In this document: one piece after another, positions 10,215 to 20,013 of the stretch | Numbering within the stretch: the first letter of the stretch is position 1 | Layout: every line of letters starts with the position of its first letter | From: an uncultured delta proteobacterium | GTDB lineage: Bacteria; Desulfobacterota; Desulfobacteria; Desulfobacterales; SpSt-501 | Assembly (NCBI GenBank): GCA_963716325.1 | Contig: CAVQTH010000045.1 | Span: forward strand, 1,505-65,504 | Length of the DNA stretch: 64,000 nucleotides | Reading direction: 5' to 3' | Program-made: the position numbers and the translations under genes | The notes under the pieces: generated by a model | Seen by the model: only the letters and a program-made list of their open reading frames with translations | Told to the model about the DNA's origin: nothing | Databases searched by the model: none

Positions 10215-10775
10215 ATGGCCCGGCTTTACCTCGCGCTCGTGCATCACCCGGTCGTCAACCGCCGGGGCGAGGTCGTCGCCTCGGCCGTGACCAACCTGGA
10301 CCTGCACGACATCGCGCGCGCCGCGCGCACCTTCGAAGCCAAGGGCTTTTTCGTCACCACCCCGCTGGAAGACCAGCAAGGTTTTGCCCGACGGATCGTG
10401 GAACACTGGACCACCGGGCCGGGCGCCGACCACATCCCGGACCGCCGGCTCGCAATGGAGCTGGTCCGGATCACGGGGTCGCTTGACGAAGCCATCGCAG
10501 CCGTCACCGCCGCTGAAGGCCGGCCGCCGAGGCTGGTCGCCACCGGCGCCCGCAAGCATCCTCAGGCCATCGGTTACGCGGCGCTGCGCAGCCTGATCGC
10601 CGATGACCGCCCGCACCTGCTGCTGTTCGGAACGGCCTGGGGCTTGGCGCCGGAGGTCATCGCCGCGGCCGACTGGGTGCTGGCCCCGATCGCCGGAACC
10701 AGTGGGTACAATCACCTCTCGGTGCGCAGCGCGGCGGCGATCGTCCTGGACCGGCTGCTGGGAGCACCTGCTTGA
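10215..10775 (+). CDS. SPOUT-like RNA methyltransferase family protein (DUF2168 / Methyltrn_RNA_4-like)
   Basis: 186 aa. LYLALVHHPVVNRRGEVVASAVTNLDLHDIARAAR and a C-terminal GYNHLSVRSAAAIVLDRL. The family assignment is from memory of the family pattern. Confidence 0.55.
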   Translation: MARLYLALVHHPVVNRRGEVVASAVTNLDLHDIARAARTFEAKGFFVTTPLEDQQGFARRIVEHWTTGPGADHIPDRRLAMELVRITGSLDEAIAAVTAAEGRPPRLVATGARKHPQAIGYAALRSLIADDRPHLLLFGTAWGLAPEVIAAADWVLAPIAGTSGYNHLSVRSAAAIVLDRLLGAPA

Positions 10776-10854
10776 GGCCTGCGGTGCGCAAAACCGAAGG
10801 TTTCTCGCACCCGCCATTGGGTGGAGTTTCTATGCGCTTGAATTGAATATTTTG

Positions 10855-10884
10855 TTGACGGCAGGTATCAATTTAGAATAATAT
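10855..10884 (+). promoter_or_regulatory. Sigma70-like promoter candidate for rplS
   Basis: TTGACG (10855-10860), an 18-nt spacer and TAATAT (10879-10884), in an AT-rich spacer. Confidence 0.4.
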
Positions 10885-10915
10885 TCCAAATTTCGGTGCC
10901 ATCGAAATTTGGAAT
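10883..10915 (+). promoter_or_regulatory. 13-bp perfect inverted repeat between the promoter candidate and the rplS RBS
   Basis: attccaaatttcg-gtgccat-cgaaatttggaat, immediately followed by GAGGAG and the ATG at 10929. Confidence 0.55.
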
Positions 10916-10928
10916 GAGGAGATGAGAG

Positions 10929-11276
10929 ATGAACAAGCTCGAGTTGATCGAACGCGAACAGATGCGGATGGACTTGCCCGACTTCATTCCGGGCGACACC
11001 GTCAAAGTCCACGTCAAAATAAAAGAAGGTGAAAAAGAACGCATCCAGGCCTTCCAGGGCGTGGTCATCGGCAGGCGCGAGGGTAGAATGGGCGCCAGCT
11101 TCACCGTGCGCAAGGTCTCCTACGGCGTCGGCGTGGAGCGCATCTTCCCCATGCATTCGCCGTCCATCGACCGGGTCGAGATCATCACGCGGGGCCGGGT
11201 GCGGCGCGGCAAACTCTACTACCTGCGCAACCTCCGAGGCAAGGCGGCCCGTATCCGCGAGAAACGCCTGAGCTGA
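10929..11276 (+). CDS. rplS: 50S ribosomal protein L19
   Basis: 115 aa containing [29 protein letters not shown]. Confidence 0.95.
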   Translation: MNKLELIEREQMRMDLPDFIPGDTVKVHVKIKEGEKERIQAFQGVVIGRREGRMGASFTVRKVSYGVGVERIFPMHSPSIDRVEIITRGRVRRGKLYYLRNLRGKAARIREKRLS

Positions 11277-11353
11277 CCGGCTGAGGAATTAAGGCCGCCT
11301 GCAGAAGAAGCGTCCGCCCGGCCGCGGCCGCCGCGAACGACCGGCCATACCCG

Positions 11354-12004
11354 ATGGATTTGTGGGCATACGAACATCTATCCGCCCGCCGCGGATACCA
11401 ACGCATCGCAGGAGTTGACGAGGCCGGCCGCGGGCCGCTGGCCGGACCCGTGGTCGCCGCGGCGGTGGTGCTTCCGGCGGATTTCTCCGACCCGCACGTG
11501 ACCGATTCGAAAAAACTCACCCCTGCCCGGCGCGACCGGCTCTACCGCACCATCTACCGCCGGGCCTCCACGGTGGGGATCGGTATCGTCGATGCCGTCG
11601 AAATCGACCGCATCAATATCCTGCAGGCGTCGCTTCGAGCCATGGCGATCGCCGTCGCCAACCTGAGCCCGCCGCCGGACTACCTCCTGATCGACGGCAC
11701 GTTCCCCATCCCGCTGGACCTGCCCCAGAATGCCATCCCCAAAGGGGACGCCCTGAGCATCACGATTGCCGCCGCGTCGATCGTCGCCAAGGTCACCCGC
11801 GACCGGTTGATGGAGATCTATCATCTGCACTATCCGGATTTCGGCTTCGCCCGTCACAAGGGCTACCCGACCCAGGACCACCGGGAGGCGATTCGCACGT
11901 TCGGCTGCTCGCCCATCCACCGGCGCACCTTCCGGGGCGTCCGGGAACACCTGCCCGCGCCCGAGGGGGATGTCCATGCCGCACCCGCGCCAGCAGTACG
12001 GTGA
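11354..12004 (+). CDS. rnhB: Ribonuclease HII
   Basis: 216 aa containing GVDEAGRGPLAGPVVAAAVVL and DSKKL. Confidence 0.92.
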   Translation: MDLWAYEHLSARRGYQRIAGVDEAGRGPLAGPVVAAAVVLPADFSDPHVTDSKKLTPARRDRLYRTIYRRASTVGIGIVDAVEIDRINILQASLRAMAIAVANLSPPPDYLLIDGTFPIPLDLPQNAIPKGDALSITIAAASIVAKVTRDRLMEIYHLHYPDFGFARHKGYPTQDHREAIRTFGCSPIHRRTFRGVREHLPAPEGDVHAAPAPAVR

Positions 12005-12347
12005 AGCCGGCGAGGCCCTGGCGGCCCGTTTGTTGCGCAAGAAGGGGTATAAAATCATTGCGGCCAACTACCGCACCCCGCTCGGGGAGATCGACATCAT
12101 CGCCCGGGACGGCGACACCATCGTGTTCGTTGAGGTCAAGGCGCGCCAGTCCCTGCACTTCGGCAACCCGAAAGGAGCGGTCACCCCACGCAAGCAGCGC
12201 AAAATCTCCATGGTCGCCCTTTACTATCTGAAGACCACCGGGCAAAGCCAATCCAAGGCCCGCTTCGACGTCGTTGCCATTCACTCCACGGCGCCGCAGC
12301 CGGAGGTGGAAATCATTCAAAATGCCTTCGAACTCCTCTATGGATAG
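11970..12347 (+). CDS. yraN: YraN family endonuclease-like protein (UPF0102)
   Basis: 125 aa. GEAGEALAARLLRKKGYKIIAANYRTPLGEIDIIARDGDTIVFVEVKAR is the family signature. Confidence 0.88.
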   Translation: MSMPHPRQQYGEAGEALAARLLRKKGYKIIAANYRTPLGEIDIIARDGDTIVFVEVKARQSLHFGNPKGAVTPRKQRKISMVALYYLKTTGQSQSKARFDVVAIHSTAPQPEVEIIQNAFELLYG

Positions 12348-13227
12348 CCGCAGCCGCCCCACCGGTCCGGGGACGCTCTACGTGGTGGGCACCCCCATCG
12401 GGCACCTCGACGACATCACGCTGCGGGCCCTCTCCGTGCTGAAAGCGGTGGACCTCGTCGCGGCCGAGGACACCCGCAAAACCGGCCAGCTGCTGCGGCA
12501 CTTCGGGATCACCGCCGCGCTCGTTTCCTATCATGAGCACAACGAAACCGCGCGGACCCCTGATCTCTTGCGCCGCCTGCAGCAAGGCGCTTCGATCGCC
12601 GTGGTCACCAACGCCGGCACTCCGGGCATCTCGGACCCGGGCTACCGCATCGTCGCTGCGGCCGCGGCCGCCGGACTGCGGGTGGTCCCCGTGCCGGGCC
12701 CGGTGGCGGCCGCGGCCGCCCTGTCGGCGTCCGGCCTCCCCACGAACGCTTTCGTCTTCGAAGGGTTCCTGCCCAAGAAAGCCGGCAAACGCTCCCGGCA
12801 GATAATGGCACTTGCCTCGGAAACGCGAACCGTCATAGTATATGAGTCTCCGCAGCGCATCGCGGCGCTCATCGCGGAGATGCTCCCGGTATTCGGCGAC
12901 CGCCGGGCGGTCCTGGCCCGGGAGATGACCAAGCGATATGAGGAATTCATTCGCGGCGGCCTCAGCGAGATCCTGGAGAACCTGAGCCGCCGCACCGACA
13001 TCAAAGGCGAATGCACCCTTCTGATAGCAGGCAAAGCCGATGAAGGGCCCTCTTCCTGGGAGGAGGTCCGGGAAGACATCCGACGGGGGTTGTCATCTCC
13101 ATCCAAGGGGGTTGCGGAACTGGCGAAAGACGTCGCGCACACGCACGGGCTGCCGCGCCAGGCAGTCTACACGGAAGCGATGAGGATCAAAGCGGAACTG
13201 AAGGAATCCGGAAACGGAAACGACTAA
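12340..13227 (+). CDS. rsmI: 16S rRNA (cytidine1402-2'-O)-methyltransferase RsmI
   Basis: GTLYVVGTPIGHLDDITLRAL..AAEDTR. I chose the ATG at 12340 (MDSRSRP) that overlaps the yraN stop; the track ORF starts earlier, at 12274. Confidence 0.88.
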   Translation: MDSRSRPTGPGTLYVVGTPIGHLDDITLRALSVLKAVDLVAAEDTRKTGQLLRHFGITAALVSYHEHNETARTPDLLRRLQQGASIAVVTNAGTPGISDPGYRIVAAAAAAGLRVVPVPGPVAAAAALSASGLPTNAFVFEGFLPKKAGKRSRQIMALASETRTVIVYESPQRIAALIAEMLPVFGDRRAVLAREMTKRYEEFIRGGLSEILENLSRRTDIKGECTLLIAGKADEGPSSWEEVREDIRRGLSSPSKGVAELAKDVAHTHGLPRQAVYTEAMRIKAELKESGNGND

Positions 13228-13268
13228 AACCCCAACGATGGGACGCTTGCAAAGGAGGAGTCAGAGGT

Positions 13269-15461
13269 ATGGAAACCAATTCCGTCATTGAACCGCTGGA
13301 TGCCATTTTGTCGCCGAAGTCGGTGGCGGTGATCGGGGCATCCACCACGCCGGGCAAGGTCGGCCACGACATTTTCGTCAACATCCTGAAGGGCGGGTTC
13401 ACCGGGACGCTGTACCCGGTCAACCCGACCGCGCGCTCGATCTCAAGCGTGCGGGCCTATCCCTCGATCAAGGACGTGCCCGACCAGGTGGACCTGGGCA
13501 TCATCATCCTTCCGCCCAAGGCGGCGCTGCAGTCCATCCAGGATGCCGTGGCCCAGGGGGTCAAGGGCATCGTCATCGTCTCGGCCGGCTTCCGGGAAGT
13601 GGGCCCCGAGGGCCGCGAGCTGGAAGACCGCATCGTGTCCGTTTGCCGCGAGGCCGGGGTGCGGCTGATCGGCCCGAACTGCCTGGGGGTCATCAACCCC
13701 CTGCCCGCCATCCGGCTGAACGCGAGTTTCTCCGCGCGCATGCCCAAGGCCGGCAACATCTCCTTCATCTCCCAGAGCGGCGCCTTGTGCACGGCCGTCC
13801 TCGATTTCGCCGCCGACCGCAACTTCGGGTTCTCCAAGTTCATCTCCATCGGCAACAAGGCCGACGTCGACGAGCTCGACCTGCTGCGCTACCTGCACCA
13901 GGACCACGACACCGAAGTGATCCTGCTCTACATCGAGGAGCTGCGGCGGGGACCGGAGTTCATCGAAGCCGTCAAGGAAATCACCTGCGGCGACTACCGG
14001 CCGAAGCCGGTCCTGGTGATCAAGTCCGGCCGCACCAGCGCCGGCGCCCAGGCGGCCGCCTCGCACACGGGGTCGCTTTCCGGCACCGAGGGCGTCTACA
14101 ACGCCATCTTCCAGCAGGCCGGCATCATCCGGGTCGACTCGATCGACGAGCTGTTCGACTTCGCCACGGCCTTTGCCTACAAGAACGAAAGCGAGCTGGG
14201 CAAGCTGCGCCGCAAGGTGCCGGCCGGCAACCGCGTGGCCATCGTCACCAACGCGGGCGGCCCGGGCATCGTCGCCACCGACATGACCATGTTCTCGGGC
14301 CTGGAGCTCGCCAGGTTCAAGGACGAGACCATCGAGACCCTGGCGAGCCACCTGCCGAGCACCGCCAACCTCAAGAACCCGGTGGACGTCATCGGCGATG
14401 CCACCACGGAACGCTATGAAAACGCCCTTGGCGCCGTCATTCGCGACGAGGGTGTGGACGGTGCGCTCGTCATCCTGACCCCGCAGTCGATGACCGACGT
14501 CCTCGGCACGGCCGAGGCCATCGCGCGCATCGCGCGCAAGTCCTTCAAGCCGATCCTGTGCTGCTTCATGGGGGTGATCGACGTGTCCGCAGGGGTCAAG
14601 TACCTCCAGGACCACGGCATCCCGGTCTACAAGTTCCCGGAGAACGCGGCCAAGGCCTTCGGTGCGCTCTACCGATACTCCAACTGGCTGAACCGCCAGC
14701 GCCTCGCCCAGTACCACCTGACGTTCGACCGGGAGCGCGCCGCCCAGATCATCAAGGACTGCCTTGCCCGCGGCAAGACCCGCCTCGGCGAGCTCGACGG
14801 CATCGGCATCCTCGAATCCTACGGCTTCAAGGTGCTGCCGACCCAACTCGCCCAGAGCGCCGATGAGGCCGCCGCCATAGCAACCGAGATGGGCTTCCCG
14901 GTGGTGATGAAAGTCGTCTCCGAGCAGATCCTGCACAAGTCGGACGCCGGGGGTGTCATGGTCGGGCTGCAAACCCCGGAGGAAGCCAGACAGGCCTTCG
15001 ACGCCATCGTCTCCCGCGGCCGCGCCTACAAGGCGGATGCGGTCATCGAGGGCGTGCTGGTCCAGAGGATGGCGCCTGCAGGAACCGAGATCATCATGGG
15101 CCTGAACCGCTACCCGGTGTTCGGGCCGCTGCTGATGTTCGGCATCGGCGGCATCTTCGTCGAGGTGTTCCAGGACGTGACCTTCCGGCTGGCGCCCATC
15201 GGCCGCAACGAAGCCCGGCGCATGGTGCGGCAGATCAAGGGCTACAAGCTGCTGCAGAGCTTCCGCGGCCGGCCCAAGGGCGACATCGAGACCGTCGAGA
15301 AATGCCTGGTGGGACTGTCCAACCTGGCCATGAACCACCCGGAGATCGTGGAACTCGACATCAACCCCCTGCTCGTCCACGCCGAGGGCCAGGGCGCGAC
15401 GGCCGCCGACTGCCGGATGATTTTGCGAGCACCCGGAAGCGACCAGGCGCCGAAACATTGA
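13269..15461 (+). CDS. Acetyl-CoA synthetase (ADP-forming) / acyl-CoA synthetase (NDP-forming), fused alpha-beta type; no GNAT domain
   Basis: 730 aa. A CoA-binding domain (SVAVIGASTTPGKVGH), a succinyl-CoA-synthetase-like ligase domain (SHTGSL phosphohistidine loop) and a C-terminal ATP-grasp. Confidence 0.85.
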   Translation: METNSVIEPLDAILSPKSVAVIGASTTPGKVGHDIFVNILKGGFTGTLYPVNPTARSISSVRAYPSIKDVPDQVDLGIIILPPKAALQSIQDAVAQGVKGIVIVSAGFREVGPEGRELEDRIVSVCREAGVRLIGPNCLGVINPLPAIRLNASFSARMPKAGNISFISQSGALCTAVLDFAADRNFGFSKFISIGNKADVDELDLLRYLHQDHDTEVILLYIEELRRGPEFIEAVKEITCGDYRPKPVLVIKSGRTSAGAQAAASHTGSLSGTEGVYNAIFQQAGIIRVDSIDELFDFATAFAYKNESELGKLRRKVPAGNRVAIVTNAGGPGIVATDMTMFSGLELARFKDETIETLASHLPSTANLKNPVDVIGDATTERYENALGAVIRDEGVDGALVILTPQSMTDVLGTAEAIARIARKSFKPILCCFMGVIDVSAGVKYLQDHGIPVYKFPENAAKAFGALYRYSNWLNRQRLAQYHLTFDRERAAQIIKDCLARGKTRLGELDGIGILESYGFKVLPTQLAQSADEAAAIATEMGFPVVMKVVSEQILHKSDAGGVMVGLQTPEEARQAFDAIVSRGRAYKADAVIEGVLVQRMAPAGTEIIMGLNRYPVFGPLLMFGIGGIFVEVFQDVTFRLAPIGRNEARRMVRQIKGYKLLQSFRGRPKGDIETVEKCLVGLSNLAMNHPEIVELDINPLLVHAEGQGATAADCRMILRAPGSDQAPKH

Positions 15462-15482
15462 GCGGATTCACCGCCCACCTCA

Positions 15483-15503
15483 CCCCTCCCCCAGCGGGAG
15501 GGG
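15483..15503. repeat. G/C-rich hairpin of the same family (CCCCTCCC-CCAGC-GGGAGGGG)
   Basis: Arms identical to those at 2339-2359. Lies between the acetyl-CoA synthetase stop and the PPTase start. Confidence 0.75.
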
Positions 15504-15532
15504 TCGGGGGAGGGGTCGCAAGCAACGCGACC

Positions 15533-16105
15533 ATGTCCCCGATCATCTACCCGGTGATCCTCCCGGTTCCGCCGGACGCACGGAGCCTTCCTCCCCAGCG
15601 GCGGGTCCGCTTCCTCAGCCGCCACGCCCGGGAGGCCTTGCGGCTGTCCGCCGAACGGATGCATGTCGAGCTGGGTGCGCTTGAAAAAGATTCACGCGGC
15701 GCCCCCCTGCCTTTCAAAGGAAACTTCTGGTCGTTGACCCACAAACCGGGATATGTCGGCGGGGTGGTCGCCCCCACCGTCGTCGGCCTCGACCTGGAGC
15801 AGGTCCGCCCCTGCTCGCCGGCGCTGTTCCGCAAAACGGCTTCCGAGCAGGAATGGGCATTGACCGCGGACGGGGACAAGCTGCAGACATTCTTCCGCTA
15901 CTGGACCGCGAAGGAGGCCGTTCTGAAAACCGGCGGGGAAGGGATCAAAGACCTGTCCCGCTGCCGGGTCGCCCGAGTAGAAAGCAGCTCGCGCCTCCTG
16001 GTGGACTATGCCGGACAAGGCTGGCCGGTCGACCAGTTTTTTTTCGACGGGCACGTAGCCTCGGTCGCGAACAGAGGATGCCGTCTGGACTGGATCCTGC
16101 TCTGA
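15533..16105 (+). CDS. 4'-phosphopantetheinyl transferase superfamily protein (Sfp-type)
   Basis: FWSLTHKPGYVGGVVA, GLDLEQV and WTAKEAVLK are PPTase motifs. I chose the ATG at 15533, after the upstream repeat element. Confidence 0.75.
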   Translation: MSPIIYPVILPVPPDARSLPPQRRVRFLSRHAREALRLSAERMHVELGALEKDSRGAPLPFKGNFWSLTHKPGYVGGVVAPTVVGLDLEQVRPCSPALFRKTASEQEWALTADGDKLQTFFRYWTAKEAVLKTGGEGIKDLSRCRVARVESSSRLLVDYAGQGWPVDQFFFDGHVASVANRGCRLDWILL

Positions 16106-16179
16106 CAACCTGCTGCACAAGGACGGCGCAAGCCCGACTCCTCACAAGCAACCCTTCTAATCAAACCGGAATTTTTTCT

Positions 16180-16224
16180 TGTGGGAGCGGCTTTCCAGCC
16201 GCGATCATCGAGGCTGAAAGCCTC
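16180..16224 (+). repeat. REP-like hairpin element, copy 2, with an adjacent second hairpin
   Basis: tgtgggagcggctttccagccgcgatc at 16180-16206, followed by gaggctgaaagcctc (6-bp stem) at 16210-16224. Confidence 0.8.
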
Positions 16225-16307
16225 ACCCCCAAAACCACACTTCACTCCTGCGTAGGATGGCATTGTGCGCCATAACCGGTTCCCAACCAAATCCTGGGGC
16301 CGGCCAT

Positions 16308-16336
16308 TTGTCAAAGACACCCAATTGATCTAAAAT
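16308..16336 (+). promoter_or_regulatory. Sigma70-like promoter candidate for the macA operon
   Basis: TTGTCA, a 17-nt spacer, then TAAAAT. Confidence 0.35.
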
Positions 16337-16478
16337 ACGTTACAATTATTTGTTCCGGTAAGCGGCAGGCCGCGCAATCCGTCTGCCGTTCTTGCGCCGG
16401 TTGTGGCGCACACGCAGCGGCGTGCCTATCATCCGCCTGCGCGATATTGAACCGTTGCCGCATCCTCGGGGAGCACAC

Positions 16479-17852
16479 ATGAGTCGACGCGTTAAACAGA
16501 TCGTCATGGCAATCATTTTACTGGCGGCGCTGGCAGGCGCCGCCGTCTGGTATCTGCAGCGCGGCAACGGGCAGGCCGTCGCCTTTCGCACGGCGCCGGT
16601 GAAGCGCGGCGATCTGCTGGTGGCGATCAGCGCCACCGGCACGGTGGAGCCGGAGGAAGTGATCGATGTGGGCGCACAGGTAGCCGGCCAGATCCTTTTC
16701 TTCGGGAAGGATGCCTCCGGCAAAGCCGTCGATTACGGGTCGATGGTGGATGCGGGGACGGTTCTCGCCAAGATCGACGATTCCCTCTACGCGGCGGATG
16801 CGGCCCAGGCCGAGGCCCAGGTTCAGGCGGGCCGGGCGGCCGTGCAGCGCGCGGAAGCCGACCTGGGCCAGCTGCGCGCCAAGCTCCAGCAGACCGAACG
16901 CGACTGGCGCCGCGCCCAGAAACTTGGCCCATCCGAAGCACTGGCTGAAGCCAGCTACGACGCTTACAAGTCGGCCTATGACACGGCGGTGGCCAACCTC
17001 GCCGTGGGCCAGGCGGCGGTTCTGCAGGCCAAAGCCGGCCAGGCCCAGTCTGAAGCCCTTCTGCGGCGGGCCCAGCGCAACCTGAGCTACTGCACGATCA
17101 CATCGCCGGTAAAGGGCGTCATCATCGACCGTCGCGTGAACATCGGCCAGACCGTGGTGGCCAGCCTGAACGCCCCCAGCCTCTTTCTGATCGCCAAGGA
17201 CCTCCGGCGCATGCAGGTGTGGGTGGCGGTGAACGAGGCGGACATCGGCAAAATCCGGCCCGGCCAGCCGGTGACCTTTACCGTGGACGCGTTCCCCGGC
17301 GAGATCTTTCCGGGCGAAGTCGGCAAGGTGCGGTTGAATGCGTCCATGACGCAAAACGTCGTCACCTACACGGTGGAAGTGGTCATCGACAACTCGAGCG
17401 GCCGCTTGTTGCCTTACCTGACGGCCAACGTGCAATTCGAGCTGGATCGGCGCAGCAACGTGTTCCTGGTGCCGAATGCGGCCCTGCGGTTCAAGCCGAC
17501 GGCGGAACAGGTTGCGCCGGGATCTCGCGAGGCCTTACCCGGTTCCGGTGAAGGCAAAGAAAAACCGAGGGAGGACCAGCGGCCTGCTGCGGGAAAGTCC
17601 GCGGCCCCCGACGAACTCTCCGGACGCTCCGAGCTCTGGCTGCCCGAAGGCGGCGGTGTGCGACCCCTATCGGTGCGGGTGGGGCTGAGCGACGGCACCC
17701 TGACCGAAGTGGCCGGCGAACAGATAGCCGACGGGCTGATGGTGGTGACCGGTCTGCAACCGCCGGGCAGCGCCCAGACCGGCACCAGCAACCCCTTCAC
17801 GCCCAGTTTCACGCGCGGCGGCGGCGCCGCCGGCGGCGGCCGGCCCCGGTAG
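16479..17852 (+). CDS. macA: Efflux transporter periplasmic adaptor (HlyD/MacA family)
   Basis: N-terminal TM segment, a long coiled-coil (AEAQVQAGRAAVQRAEADLGQLRAKL), a TITSPVKGVIIDR lipoyl-like motif and a beta-barrel domain. ATG 16479 (MSRRVKQ) chosen. Confidence 0.85.
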   Translation: MSRRVKQIVMAIILLAALAGAAVWYLQRGNGQAVAFRTAPVKRGDLLVAISATGTVEPEEVIDVGAQVAGQILFFGKDASGKAVDYGSMVDAGTVLAKIDDSLYAADAAQAEAQVQAGRAAVQRAEADLGQLRAKLQQTERDWRRAQKLGPSEALAEASYDAYKSAYDTAVANLAVGQAAVLQAKAGQAQSEALLRRAQRNLSYCTITSPVKGVIIDRRVNIGQTVVASLNAPSLFLIAKDLRRMQVWVAVNEADIGKIRPGQPVTFTVDAFPGEIFPGEVGKVRLNASMTQNVVTYTVEVVIDNSSGRLLPYLTANVQFELDRRSNVFLVPNAALRFKPTAEQVAPGSREALPGSGEGKEKPREDQRPAAGKSAAPDELSGRSELWLPEGGGVRPLSVRVGLSDGTLTEVAGEQIADGLMVVTGLQPPGSAQTGTSNPFTPSFTRGGGAAGGGRPR

Positions 17853-17856
17853 GCCC

Positions 17857-18590
17857 ATGGAACTCATCGAGCTGCGCAACATCTACAAGACCTACCAGCT
17901 GGGGGACATCACCGTTCCCGTGCTCAAGGGGGTCTCGTTGACGGTCGCCCGCGGAGAGCTGGTCGCCTTGATGGGGGCGTCCGGATCGGGCAAGAGCACC
18001 CTGATGAACATTCTCGGGTGCCTGGACCGGCCGACCTCGGGCGAATACTGGCTCGACGGCGAAGAGGTGTCGAGGCTGTCGGCCGATGAGCGCGCCCTGG
18101 TGCGCAACCGCAAGTTCGGCTTCGTTTTCCAGAATTTCAACCTGCTGCCGCGGACCAGCGCGCTCGACAATGTGGCCATGCCGCTCTCCTACACGGCCGG
18201 CCATCTCTCCGAACGCCAGGCCCGGAAGCAGGCCCGCAAGGTGCTGGAGCAGGTCGGCCTGGTGGACCGGCTGGACCACGAACCATCGCAGCTGTCCGGA
18301 GGCCAGCAGCAGCGGGTCGCCATTGCCCGGGCGCTCGTCAACCATCCCCCGCTGATCTTCGCCGACGAACCGACCGGCAACCTCGATTCGCATACCAGCG
18401 CGGAAGTGCTGCGCATGTTCCAGGAGCTCAATGAGCAGGCCGGCATCACCATCATCATCGTCACCCACGACGCGAACGTGGCCAAGCACGCCCAACAGAT
18501 CATACGCATTCACGACGGGCTGATCGTCGAAGACACGCATAGCGCCGCCGCGCAAGCCGCCCCGGGGCCAATCGCGCGTGGAGGTGTCCC

Positions 18591-18594
<4 letters not shown>
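17857..18594 (+). CDS. ABC transporter ATP-binding protein (MacB/LolD family)
   Basis: 245 aa containing GASGSGKSTLMN, LSGGQQQRVAIARAL and IFADEPTGNLD. Confidence 0.9.
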
Positions 18595-19961
<1,367 letters not shown>

Positions 19962-20013
19962 GGACTTCATGCGAGATTATAACGAATAAACTCACAGCGA
20001 GCCCGCGAGGAGA

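Noticed and set aside
13443-15458. 671-aa ORF on the minus strand
   Set aside because: Fully antisense to the well-supported acetyl-CoA synthetase gene. It has an Arg/Gly/Asp/Ala/His-rich composition and no motifs: the typical stop-poor antisense frame of high-GC DNA.
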